Virus record (IMG/VR): IMGVR_UViG_2648501338_000019
DNA length: 23,612 bases
Reading direction: 5' to 3' (one strand)
DNA from: a virus
Lineage: Duplodnaviria > Heunggongvirae > Uroviricota > Caudoviricetes
Shown: positions 6,695 through 15,469 of the stretch, piece by piece
Position numbering within the stretch: position 1 is the first letter of the stretch
Layout of the letters: every line of letters begins with the position of its first letter
Notes under the pieces: model-generated
Told to the model about the DNA's origin: nothing
Databases searched by the model: none
Seen by the model: only the letters and a program-made list of their open reading frames with translations
Translations under genes and position numbers: made by a program

Positions 6695-7492
6695 ATGAAT
6701 ACTGCTGTTAAAACTGCTTCCGTGTCTCTGGTTGTTGATAACACCAAACCACTGACCATGTCTTCTCGTCAGATCGCTGAATTTACCGGAAAAGAACACA
6801 AAAACGTTAAAGCTGATATTGTTAAGATGTTTAAAGCACTTGAATTAGATGCGCTGAAATCTCAGCGTATCTATTTTGACCAATATGGACGCGAACAAAC
6901 CGAATATCACCTTGACGAAGAAATGACGCTGACTCTTGTTACTGGTTACGATGTTAAACGTCGAATGATTGTTATTCAGGAATGGAAACGACTGAAAGAA
7001 GAAAATGAAAAACTGCGTCAGGAACGTTTAGCCGTTAACCCGTATGCAGACTTTGAAGAAACCGACTGGATCGAACTGGCGTTAAAGAAAACTCGCGAGA
7101 ACAAGCAACTGATTACTCTACATCATCGCAAATCCGTAGATAGCCATTCAATGACGCGTCTGTTAGGTGCTAAAAAGGGCGCTACGAAGGTTAAAGAAGC
7201 ACTGACGGCCTTACGTACTGCCGGATACATTGAGCGCGTCTATGATGAAAATAACAAGCCGTGTGGGTATGTTGCTAATGATTCCGCGATACCGTTTTGC
7301 AGCATGAACGCTCACTATCAACTTTCTTTCACTGTTGATGTGCTTCCGGTGCTGGTTGAATTGGGTGTTCTTGAAGAAGAACAAAAAGCAGCTTTGACAC
7401 TGCCTAAACCGAATAACACGATCATGATTCAGAATAAAGCGACTATCATGATTCGTCAGAATGTTGGATCGCTAGAACACTTCGGACTGTAA
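6695..7492 (+). CDS. phage regulatory protein, Rha family (antirepressor-like N-terminal domain)
   Basis: N-terminal LTMSSRQIAEFTGKEHKNVKADIVKMF matches the Rha/pRha signature as I recall it; followed by a strong terminator. Confidence 0.6.
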   Translation: MNTAVKTASVSLVVDNTKPLTMSSRQIAEFTGKEHKNVKADIVKMFKALELDALKSQRIYFDQYGREQTEYHLDEEMTLTLVTGYDVKRRMIVIQEWKRLKEENEKLRQERLAVNPYADFEETDWIELALKKTRENKQLITLHHRKSVDSHSMTRLLGAKKGATKVKEALTALRTAGYIERVYDENNKPCGYVANDSAIPFCSMNAHYQLSFTVDVLPVLVELGVLEEEQKAALTLPKPNNTIMIQNKATIMIRQNVGSLEHFGL

Positions 7493-7500
7493 TAATTTTT

Positions 7501-7527
7501 GCCCCTGAATTTCAGGGGCTTTTTTGT
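7501..7527 (+). terminator. rho-independent terminator (GCCCCTGAA-T-TTCAGGGGC + T7)
   Basis: 9-bp perfect stem followed directly by TTTTTTG. Confidence 0.75.
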
Positions 7528-7538
7528 ATCTGTAGGTA

Positions 7539-7566
7539 TAAAAAAAGCCAACCCCGAAGGATTGGC
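7539..7566 (-). terminator. minus-strand terminator (on minus: GCCAATCC-TTCG-GGGTTGGC + T8) downstream of the 76-aa gene
   Basis: Imperfect stem with a U-run when read on the minus strand. Confidence 0.5.
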
Positions 7567-7574
7567 CTAGAGAA

Positions 7575-7805
7575 TCAATTTCCTGTTGCTTCTACCATTT
7601 CACCGTCAACCTGAACAAAGAATTTCAAATCAACTTTATGTAGGGATTTGTATAGCTGGGCTATAGATAAGCCATGCTCATTTAATACCCGTTCTTTGTT
7701 CTCTTTACCTTTCGGTGCTTGATAGTACGCTTTTACAATCTCTGCCAGTTGTTCACGATTAAAACGGGCAGGACGACCGCGAGTAGCTTTAGTAGTCATA
7801 GTCAT
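7575..7805 (-). CDS. small HTH DNA-binding protein (76 aa; an alternative ATG at 7799 has better SD spacing); paralog of the 4384-4563 product
   Basis: TRGRPARFNREQLAEIVKAYY...GLSIAQLYKSL shares the R-P-x-x-F-x-R-E...I-x-K-x-Y-Y pattern with the 59-aa protein; the only early-region gene with a TGA stop. Confidence 0.5.
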   Translation of the reverse strand: MTMTTKATRGRPARFNREQLAEIVKAYYQAPKGKENKERVLNEHGLSIAQLYKSLHKVDLKFFVQVDGEMVEATGN

Positions 7806-7833
7806 TTCTCCAAATTAAAGTGAATGTTCACCT

Positions 7834-8439
7834 TTATTTAGAGGACTTACATTTTATCGGAAAAAGTTCTCCATCGTCAACTGACATAAAAAACTCTGCC
7901 TTAATCCCGTACTTCTTCAACCGTGAATAGTATGTACCCCGACTTATATCAACCTTGCGCAGCACTTCGAAGAACTCTTTAGGATTCCTGTAATAATGGC
8001 TATATCGCACGTTAGCGAGTTCTACAAACAATTCCCTTGTATCACCATAGCCTTTCTTGAAAGCCACGTTACGATAGCGTGTAATGGCATGATTCAATCT
8101 CTTCTGTTTAAGCACTTCCCTGATCGGCTTCCACTGCAACCGATAGATTGGACCGTCATCCACTCGATAATAACGCTTGATATCAAAATCAAACCATTCA
8201 CGGACTCGCTGAAACTCTGTCTGTGATGTTCGGTGCTTCTTAAAGAAGTTATGGATATCTGTATACCCATGATCGCGATACAACTCGATTAAAATTTGCT
8301 TCGCTTCTTCGCGACTAAAACCGGATGTAGTGTAATCAGTCTTCTTGTGATGGTGCTTAACTGGCAAACGATATTCATGATCGGTACAACAAGACAAGGC
8401 TAATTCTAATTCATCTCTTTCTTGCTGATTAATTAGCAT
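7834..8439 (-). CDS. hypothetical protein (201 aa) whose C-terminus carries the same HTH motif (DISRGTYYSRLKKYGI)
   Basis: ORF with the HTH motif shared with the two small HTH proteins; transcribed divergently from the large terminase gene. Confidence 0.5.
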   Translation of the reverse strand: MLINQQERDELELALSCCTDHEYRLPVKHHHKKTDYTTSGFSREEAKQILIELYRDHGYTDIHNFFKKHRTSQTEFQRVREWFDFDIKRYYRVDDGPIYRLQWKPIREVLKQKRLNHAITRYRNVAFKKGYGDTRELFVELANVRYSHYYRNPKEFFEVLRKVDISRGTYYSRLKKYGIKAEFFMSVDDGELFPIKCKSSK

Positions 8440-8526
8440 ACACCCCCCTTAAATCTTAATACCCGTATTTATCAAAATATCAACAATTTAATAAATACCT
8501 TCATATTTCGTAATGAGGGTAATTAC

Positions 8527-10431
8527 ATGAAACTGATTTCTAATAAGGCCAAATTAAAAAAGATTCTTAAAAATATCTCTGCGGCAATTCGCCCACCTAA
8601 AACGATGAAACCTAGCGAATGGGTAGAGGCTAATGTAGTTGCAACCGATGGTGTTAAAGCCGGATCTCTAATTAAGTTGCATCCCTTCCAACGTGGAATG
8701 ATGGACGCGATCACCGAAGATAGGCGAAAAATTGTGCTAAAGTGCTCGGCACAGTTGGGTAAAACTCTTGTGCTAAACGGTATTATCTTTCACAGGATCG
8801 CCAGTAACCCTACTAATATCGGTGTTTTGCAAGCGAACGTTCGAGAATTGAACTCATGGATTGCGGGTAAGGTGAAGCCAGTATTAGAGGCAACCCCAGA
8901 ATTAAAGGCGATGATCACCGACAAATCAGATCGCAATGCCGTTAACAACTCATCGATTATTCAGCTTCGTAACGGATCATTCATGTATTTCATGTCGCTG
9001 AACAGTCCATCACACTTGCGCGGTAAGACACTGCCTTTGATTATTCTGGATGAAGTTGATGCGGCTGATGAGTCAGACGAAGGGAACCCGATCCAGCTAG
9101 CGGAACAACGCGCAACCACTTTCGGTGATGATGCAAGGATCGTAATTGCTTCTACTCCAACTTCGCGGGATGGGGCGATAAACCAACAATGGGAACTCTC
9201 GGATAAAAGAAAATACCACGTCGTTTGCCAGCATTGCGGACACAAACACGTAATGGAATGGAGTAGAGTATTCTTTGATTGGCATGTAATCAATGGTAAA
9301 TCACTGCCGAATCCAGACACAGCCGTTTACCGTTGCCCGTCATGTGAAACTGATTGGTCAGAACCAGATCGCCTCCGTGCTGTTGCTCAGGGAGAATGGG
9401 TCGCCACCGAACCAAATGCGGAAGTAATCGGTTTTCATGCTAACCGCCTTATGTCTCCGTTTAGTTCTATCCGTGCGTGTGTGGTGGACTTTGCTGATAG
9501 CTACGCGAATATGTCACTGGCAACGTTCTATAATGTGGTGCTCGGTGAAACCTTCGATGATCTTAACGAAGACCGCACAGCCGACGAACTGGAAACGCTG
9601 AAAACTGACATTAGCTTAGATAATATTCCTGATGATGTTCTGGCTCTGGTAGGTGGAGTTGACCAGCAAAAAGACCGTCTGGAATCTACCTTGCTGGGTA
9701 TCTCTCGTAAGGGGATATGCGTAGTTGATCACCGATCATTCTATGATGTGAACTGCGAACGCCACGAATCGCCAGCATATGACCAGCTTTACAACTTCCT
9801 GAAAGCTAAATTCTATACCCGATCAGGTCAACGAATCCCGATGCTATCTGCTTTCGTGGACTCATCGAACGGACGAGCTACAAACGTGATCTATCGCTTC
9901 TGCACTAGGTGGCAAAACCTATGCGCCATTAAAGGGGCAAGCAATGTTGATGCTCCAATCCTTCCGGTCAAGGACACAAGAACGGGTGGTTTTACTCTTA
10001 AAATTCTGGGCGTAAACAACCTTAAGACGATGATCCGTGAAATGATTAACCGGAACTTGAGAGACAGCGATCCTCATACGGTCTTCCAGATTGGTGACGT
10101 TCCTGATGACTACTGCGAACAATTGTTATCTGAACAGTTGAAACGGCAGGGTAATACCACACGTTGGGTAAAAGTTGGTCAGCAACGAAACGAGGCTCTC
10201 GACTGCCTGGCTTATTCCTATGCTGCTTCTCGCCATGTACTCAATAAAATGTCATGGGAAAAACTCGAAGCCATCAAAGATAGTTTGAACCGCGAACCAG
10301 AAGAACCCGTAGAAGCTCCTAAATCGCAATCTGACGAGCAAATCGAAGAAAATAAGCCAATCACACGACCACAACGTAAAAACATCGCCAGACGCCCAAA
10401 TAGAGGCCGTAGCTGGGTAACATCGTTCTAA
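8527..10431 (+). CDS. terminase large subunit, lambda GpA family
   Basis: 634 aa; Walker A-like KCSAQLGKT, Walker B-like LIILDEVD, and overall length and layout like lambda gpA (N-terminal ATPase, C-terminal nuclease); strong SD. Confidence 0.9.
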   Translation: MKLISNKAKLKKILKNISAAIRPPKTMKPSEWVEANVVATDGVKAGSLIKLHPFQRGMMDAITEDRRKIVLKCSAQLGKTLVLNGIIFHRIASNPTNIGVLQANVRELNSWIAGKVKPVLEATPELKAMITDKSDRNAVNNSSIIQLRNGSFMYFMSLNSPSHLRGKTLPLIILDEVDAADESDEGNPIQLAEQRATTFGDDARIVIASTPTSRDGAINQQWELSDKRKYHVVCQHCGHKHVMEWSRVFFDWHVINGKSLPNPDTAVYRCPSCETDWSEPDRLRAVAQGEWVATEPNAEVIGFHANRLMSPFSSIRACVVDFADSYANMSLATFYNVVLGETFDDLNEDRTADELETLKTDISLDNIPDDVLALVGGVDQQKDRLESTLLGISRKGICVVDHRSFYDVNCERHESPAYDQLYNFLKAKFYTRSGQRIPMLSAFVDSSNGRATNVIYRFCTRWQNLCAIKGASNVDAPILPVKDTRTGGFTLKILGVNNLKTMIREMINRNLRDSDPHTVFQIGDVPDDYCEQLLSEQLKRQGNTTRWVKVGQQRNEALDCLAYSYAASRHVLNKMSWEKLEAIKDSLNREPEEPVEAPKSQSDEQIEENKPITRPQRKNIARRPNRGRSWVTSF

Positions 10432-10503
10432 TAACTCGCCGTCCTTCGGGGCGGCTTACTCCTAAATATTGTTAATCCAATAACAATTAAATAAGGGGTA
10501 ATT

Positions 10504-10998
10504 ATGAGTTTAGAACTAATTCCCTTAGTAATTCGTAAAGGCGAAAAAGTCACGCTGGCGAATGAAGAGGGTGTAACAATTCAGGTAGGAAATAATAAAG
10601 GTATTATCTATCAGGTTGATGATTCTCCGGCTAATCATGAGATTAAAACCTTAGATTTTGCCGAAGGTAAATATACCATCGTAATAACTTTGGAAGAAGA
10701 ACTGGTATCAATGCAGGAATTAACTGTTTTGCCAGTATTCGCCAAACAATCCAAAAAAGAATATCTGCGGGAAACTATCGCCTTAATCGAGCAAGTTATT
10801 TTCGCCCGTTTATCTGGGGACGAAGCCGCATTATCTCAAATGACAGTGAAAGGGAATACTTTCGCCTATGAGTCATTGGCTGTTCTCCAGCAATTAAAGA
10901 CTGATTATGAACGTCAGTTATCTAAATTAATTCAAGCCGAACGACGTAAACAGGGAATTAGTCCGATTAAAAATATCAAATTACGTCTTACGCGATAA
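10504..10998 (+). CDS. hypothetical head-module protein (164 aa) in the position lambda gpW occupies between terminase and portal
   Basis: Synteny only; conserved TAAGGGGTAAT initiation motif upstream. Confidence 0.45.
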   Translation: MSLELIPLVIRKGEKVTLANEEGVTIQVGNNKGIIYQVDDSPANHEIKTLDFAEGKYTIVITLEEELVSMQELTVLPVFAKQSKKEYLRETIALIEQVIFARLSGDEAALSQMTVKGNTFAYESLAVLQQLKTDYERQLSKLIQAERRKQGISPIKNIKLRLTR

Positions 10999-11008
10999 GG
11001 GGTAAATC

Positions 11009-12520
11009 ATGTTTAATCTTTTTCGACGCAAAAAGGCGGTAGAAACTCCAGTTAAAACTAATCACCGCCAGCAACAACAAAAAATCTTTATCGACAAACA
11101 AGTAGAAAAATTCCAGAAATCTCTGGCTACTCGAAGTTTAGGTCTGGTTGGTGATCGCATTGATGGATCGCTTCAACAAGATACTATCACAGGAACCTTC
11201 AATAAGGCTCTCAAATCGAATGGTAAGCGCCTTTATGATCAGGGTCGTACTCTGGCCTTAAACACCTCCGTAGGCAGTCGCTACACGCAATACATCACCG
11301 ATATGGTGGTAGGTACTGGCCTAGATCCGAAGCCGTCAGTTGTTAAATCAAATGGAAAACTTGATAGCGCACTGAATAAGCAGATCGAGAATGCTTTCTG
11401 GAAGTGGGCGCAGAATGCTAAACGCTTCTCTCGTAACGGTCGCTTTAACTTCCGTGAATTGCTGGTAATGGCTGAACGTGAGCGCGTTATGGGTGGTGAG
11501 TGCTTCATAGTTTTAACCAAAGAAAACAATGAGTTAAATGTTTCTATCCTGTCTGCTGATAAGTGCGACTGGACGCTCAACCGTGAAGTAAGCAAAGAAC
11601 GCGCTATCTATCAGGGGATCGAGTATGACGTAGAAACAATGCGCCCTGTTGCATTTTGGTTTCGTAAAATCAACCTACTGACTCAGACTTACACAGGTGA
11701 TAACTATCGCGTAGATGCTTCGCAAGTATGTCATTATTATCAACCACTTGCGGCTGAATCTCTGCGTGGTGTGACTGACTTCCTGCCAGTGATTAAGGAT
11801 ATCGCACATCAAGACGCATTCCGCGAAGCTGTACTGGTACATAAACGAATTTCAAGTTGTAGCATGGCGTTCATCGAGCGTCCGAAAGATTCTGGTGACG
11901 ATTTTGATACTGGTGAAGATGATGAACAATATCAAGCGCCGGAAGTTATTCACGATTTCGCGCCAGGTACTATTCAGGAATTACCGGAAGGGGCAACGAT
12001 CAAGAGTATTCAATCCACGCAAAGCGGCGATGACTTTAACAGCTTCAATGATGGAATGTTCACGAGTATAGCGATGGGTCTTGGCGTGTTCAATCAGGGC
12101 TTAACTGGCGATACTAGCCAAATAAATTACAGCGCCGCACGCTACGGCGAATTACTTCAAAGAACGCGCGTTAAAGCACTGCAAAACAAATTGATTGAAA
12201 CAGTGGTATTGCCAATTTTTGAAGCATATCTACGCCATTATTCTGCGCGTGGTATTGTTCCGATTCGTATTACTGCAATTCCGCATATTATCGAGAACAC
12301 TACTATTATTCGTCCTCGTTTTGAATCCGTCGATCCATTTAAAGACGTAAGCGCCGAGATTGCTTTAATTGATAACGGACTTAAATCACGTACTGCCGTT
12401 ATATTAGAACGTGGTGATGATCCTGAAAAAGTATTCTCAGAGATTCAAGCCGAAAAGAGCGCACTAAATATTATCGTTGATGGTGAGAGCAAGGATAACC
12501 CTTCTCAAACCGATCCCTAA
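11009..12520 (+). CDS. portal protein, lambda gpB-like
   Basis: 503 aa directly after the terminase; segments such as FNSFNDGMFTSIAMGLGVFNQGL resemble the lambda gpB core; acidic C-terminal tail. Confidence 0.85.
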   Translation: MFNLFRRKKAVETPVKTNHRQQQQKIFIDKQVEKFQKSLATRSLGLVGDRIDGSLQQDTITGTFNKALKSNGKRLYDQGRTLALNTSVGSRYTQYITDMVVGTGLDPKPSVVKSNGKLDSALNKQIENAFWKWAQNAKRFSRNGRFNFRELLVMAERERVMGGECFIVLTKENNELNVSILSADKCDWTLNREVSKERAIYQGIEYDVETMRPVAFWFRKINLLTQTYTGDNYRVDASQVCHYYQPLAAESLRGVTDFLPVIKDIAHQDAFREAVLVHKRISSCSMAFIERPKDSGDDFDTGEDDEQYQAPEVIHDFAPGTIQELPEGATIKSIQSTQSGDDFNSFNDGMFTSIAMGLGVFNQGLTGDTSQINYSAARYGELLQRTRVKALQNKLIETVVLPIFEAYLRHYSARGIVPIRITAIPHIIENTTIIRPRFESVDPFKDVSAEIALIDNGLKSRTAVILERGDDPEKVFSEIQAEKSALNIIVDGESKDNPSQTDP

Positions 12521-12565
12521 TAACCAACGGGGGCGCAATGCCCCCAATTAATTAAAGGTGATTAA

Positions 12566-14572
12566 ATGCTTAAATTTCGCCGCGATCTTAACGGTTACGG
12601 TGGAGTTATTAACGAAGGGCAGAATGATCAATACGAATTTGAAATTGCTTTCTCCAGTGAACAGCCTTATCAGCGCCAATTCTGGGATGAGCAAAATCAA
12701 GAAATGGTGGTATTAGATGAAATTCTGGTACATACACCGGAAGCGGTTGATCTGTCTCGTCTGAATAATAACGCTCCGTTGCTGTTCAATCATAATTTCG
12801 ATAATCATATTGGTGTCGTTTGTAACGCTCGAATCGATGCGGATAACGTAGGTCGTGCTCTGGTTAAATTCTCTAAGCATGGCACTTTGGCTAATGATAT
12901 TCGTAATAAAGTCATTGAAGGTACGATGGAAAAAATTTCTGTCGGTTATGACATTAAAGAATATCACATCGACTACACCAAAGGACAATTGATTGTTACT
13001 AAATGGATTCCTCACGAGGTTTCATGGGTGTCTGTTCCCGCAGACGACACCGTGGGTCTGAATCGCTCTCTAAATACTATCACAGTTAATTTGGAGGCTA
13101 AACGCGATATGACTAAAGAACAAATCGAAGAAATCAAAGAAGAACAAGAACCCGCTCAGGTTGAAGAAACTCCGGTAGAAGAAAATAAAGAACCGGAAGT
13201 AGAAGAAACTCAAGAGCGCCAAGTTGAAGAGAATAAAGAAGATGAAAATCTCGAAGACGGAAAAGACGCTAAACATCCTGAAAGTGTTGATGATGATAGT
13301 TCAACTGTTCGGGAAACAGAAGAAGTAAAAGAAGAACGTGAAGCCGCTCCGGTTGAAGAAGAAAAAATCGAAGAAGTGGCTGAACGTTCCGAAGAAGACG
13401 AAGAAGAAATCCGAGCAATCGCTCGTGAGTTAAATATTAACGACGAAGAATTAGAACGCGCATTGGCAGTTAAAGATATGACGCCGGAAGCATTCCGCAC
13501 TAAGGCACTAAATAACATTACCAATGCTCAACGTAATAACGAACAAATTAATAAGGAACAAATCATGGAAAAAACTTTCGATCTTAATAACGTAATCCGC
13601 TCCCTGGTAGATGGCGACGTGCTCGGCGCTAACGAAGCTGAATATTCCGCTATGGCTGCTGGTGCTGCAATGCAGCGTGGTCGTGCTGCTCGCGGTGGCT
13701 CTGTATTCGTTCCGGCTGCTGCTCTGCGTGCTGCTTCCGAAGGTAACACCAAAGCTACTCTGACCGCTGTAACCGACGAAAAACTGCTGACCGAATCCTA
13801 TGTAGAAATGCTGCTTCCACAGTCTGTTCTGGGTCGTCTGGGTGTGACTGTTCTGTCTGGTCTGAATAGCCCGATTGCAGTACCAAAAATGACTGCTTCC
13901 AGCGTCGAAGCCTTTGGTTTTGTTGATGAAAATGGAAGTGCCCCCGAATCGAAGGCTAGCTTTGAAAACGTGAAAATGGCTCCGAAAACTTTTGCTGGTG
14001 GCAACCCGATCAGCCGTCAGTCTCTGAAAACTGTTCCGAATATTGCTACCCTGATCACTGATCACATTAACAAATCTGTTCGGATCAAACTGGAACAACT
14101 GATTCTGTCTGACAAAGACAACGAGCGCGGTCCGAAAGGTCTGGTTAAGCAACTGGTAGACGGTGGTCGCGTTACTAAGAAAGCCGCTTTTAGCTACAAA
14201 GACTTCCTGAAAGAAATTGCAGCACTGACCGACGCTGGCGTTCCGGCACAGTCCATCAAGTTTGCAATGAGCGGTGCAACTGCTGCTGAACTGGAATCTA
14301 CCCTGAAAGATAACGGCGTTTCCGGTTATATCATCGAAAACGGCAAACTGGCTGGTTACGATGTAGTTACTTCTGGCGTTATTCCGGCAGACCACATCGT
14401 TCTGGGTGACTTCTCCGGTATCATGATCGGTGAATGGGGTGGTCTGGAACTGGATATGGACGACACCACTTACCGCGCACAGTCTGCTATCGTTCCGCGT
14501 ATCTGGGTAGACCTGGACTTCACCGTAGTTCAGCCGGAAGCTCTGAAAGTTCTTCACATCTCCGCTGAATGA
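12566..14572 (+). CDS. prohead protease - acidic scaffold-like linker - HK97-fold major capsid protein fusion (668 aa); TGA stop
   Basis: N-terminal region resembles HK97-family prohead protease, the middle about 130 aa is E/K-rich (scaffold/delta-like), the C-terminal about 330 aa resembles HK97-type major capsid proteins; lies between portal and neck genes. Confidence 0.8.
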   Translation: MLKFRRDLNGYGGVINEGQNDQYEFEIAFSSEQPYQRQFWDEQNQEMVVLDEILVHTPEAVDLSRLNNNAPLLFNHNFDNHIGVVCNARIDADNVGRALVKFSKHGTLANDIRNKVIEGTMEKISVGYDIKEYHIDYTKGQLIVTKWIPHEVSWVSVPADDTVGLNRSLNTITVNLEAKRDMTKEQIEEIKEEQEPAQVEETPVEENKEPEVEETQERQVEENKEDENLEDGKDAKHPESVDDDSSTVRETEEVKEEREAAPVEEEKIEEVAERSEEDEEEIRAIARELNINDEELERALAVKDMTPEAFRTKALNNITNAQRNNEQINKEQIMEKTFDLNNVIRSLVDGDVLGANEAEYSAMAAGAAMQRGRAARGGSVFVPAAALRAASEGNTKATLTAVTDEKLLTESYVEMLLPQSVLGRLGVTVLSGLNSPIAVPKMTASSVEAFGFVDENGSAPESKASFENVKMAPKTFAGGNPISRQSLKTVPNIATLITDHINKSVRIKLEQLILSDKDNERGPKGLVKQLVDGGRVTKKAAFSYKDFLKEIAALTDAGVPAQSIKFAMSGATAAELESTLKDNGVSGYIIENGKLAGYDVVTSGVIPADHIVLGDFSGIMIGEWGGLELDMDDTTYRAQSAIVPRIWVDLDFTVVQPEALKVLHISAE

Positions 14573-14701
14573 ACTAACGTAGAACCATCTGAACCTTCCC
14601 CCGATTTGGGGGAAGAAAATCTGATTCCATCTCAGGAAGAAGAATCTCAGACGGTTACGGCGAAAGCCACAGTTAAAAAACAACGTAAAACTAAAGAATA
14701 A
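14573..14701 (+). CDS. in-frame 42-codon extension after the capsid gene TGA (TNVEPSEPSPDLGEENLIPSQEEESQTVTAKATVKKQRKTKE, then TAA TAA); candidate readthrough product
   Basis: Frame checked codon by codon; no start codon with an SD inside; homologous to the extension after the major tail gene. Confidence 0.4.
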   Translation, partial: TNVEPSEPSPDLGEENLIPSQEEESQTVTAKATVKKQRKTKE

Positions 14702-14706
14702 TAATT

Positions 14707-14734
14707 AGCCCTGCCTAACGGTGGGGCTTTTTTG
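14707..14734 (+). terminator. rho-independent terminator (AGCCCTGCC-TAAC-GGTGGGGCT + T6)
   Basis: 9-bp stem with two G-U pairs followed by TTTTTTG; near-identical copy after the major tail gene. Confidence 0.8.
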
Positions 14735-14763
14735 TATGTAAATACTCCATAAAGGGGGTAACT

Positions 14764-15054
14764 ATGTTCAAATTATCAGAATCACAATTAAATCGAATGT
14801 TTAAAAGTGCTCCTGTATTTTCGGTGGAAGGTGGTAAATCAATTCGTGCTTACCATGAAATTACTACTACCGACGAATCAGGTGTAATGACAGAAACCGA
14901 ATTTCTATTCTGTCGTGAGGGAGACTTAAAGCAAGGTGATATTGTCACAGTAGAAAACCAGCGTTTCAAAGTTCAATACGTTAAGCGCAATGGTGACAAT
15001 ACTTGTGATTGCTTTATCACTTTAGCAGGGGGTACACATGCTCGCTACCGTTAA
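14764..15054 (+). CDS. putative head-tail adaptor / head completion protein (96 aa)
   Basis: Size and position immediately after the capsid gene; conserved AAAGGGGGTAAC initiation motif. Confidence 0.45.
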   Translation: MFKLSESQLNRMFKSAPVFSVEGGKSIRAYHEITTTDESGVMTETEFLFCREGDLKQGDIVTVENQRFKVQYVKRNGDNTCDCFITLAGGTHARYR

Positions 15055-15460
15055 TAATATGCCGAGACTGAAAATCAAACGCGCCTTGCAAGATATTATC
15101 GAACAAGATTTAGGTCTGGCTTTAAACGTAGAACAAACTCAGCAAGGCTTTAGTGATGACGTGGTTTGTTGGATTACTGGCATGAATGAAACTTATACGC
15201 GTGTTCGTGGTGGTAATGCAATGCAAGCTGAATGCGTTATCGAAATGCAATTATATTCTCAGATTCATGAAACAAAAATCCATGAGGGTATTTGCCAGAT
15301 AATCCAGATTCAGCCGGATAACCCACGATTTAAAGATTTGGGCTTCTCTATTTCAGATATCACTCCAGTAGCTTCTAATACCGATTATGACGATGATTCT
15401 AGTGATGGGGGTATCGTTGGGACACTTAGCCTTAAATTTTCTTATCTAGCGCGTTTTTAA
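15038..15460 (+). CDS. putative neck / tail completion protein (140 aa); overlaps the upstream gene by 17 nt
   Basis: Synteny; SD AGGGGG 6 nt upstream of the ATG; overlap suggests translational coupling. Confidence 0.45.
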   Translation: MLATVNNMPRLKIKRALQDIIEQDLGLALNVEQTQQGFSDDVVCWITGMNETYTRVRGGNAMQAECVIEMQLYSQIHETKIHEGICQIIQIQPDNPRFKDLGFSISDITPVASNTDYDDDSSDGGIVGTLSLKFSYLARF

Positions 15461-15469
15461 GGGGTAATA

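Noticed and set aside
13508-14683. Minus-strand ORF of 391 aa, plus several shorter ones (12713-13015, 13070-13276, 13210-13524, 13528-13752, 13798-14004), overlapping the capsid gene
   Set aside because: All are antisense to a strongly supported structural gene, Phe/Ser/Arg-rich low-complexity mirror images of its Glu/Lys-rich codons, with no SD sequences. They are open only because of codon bias on the sense strand.
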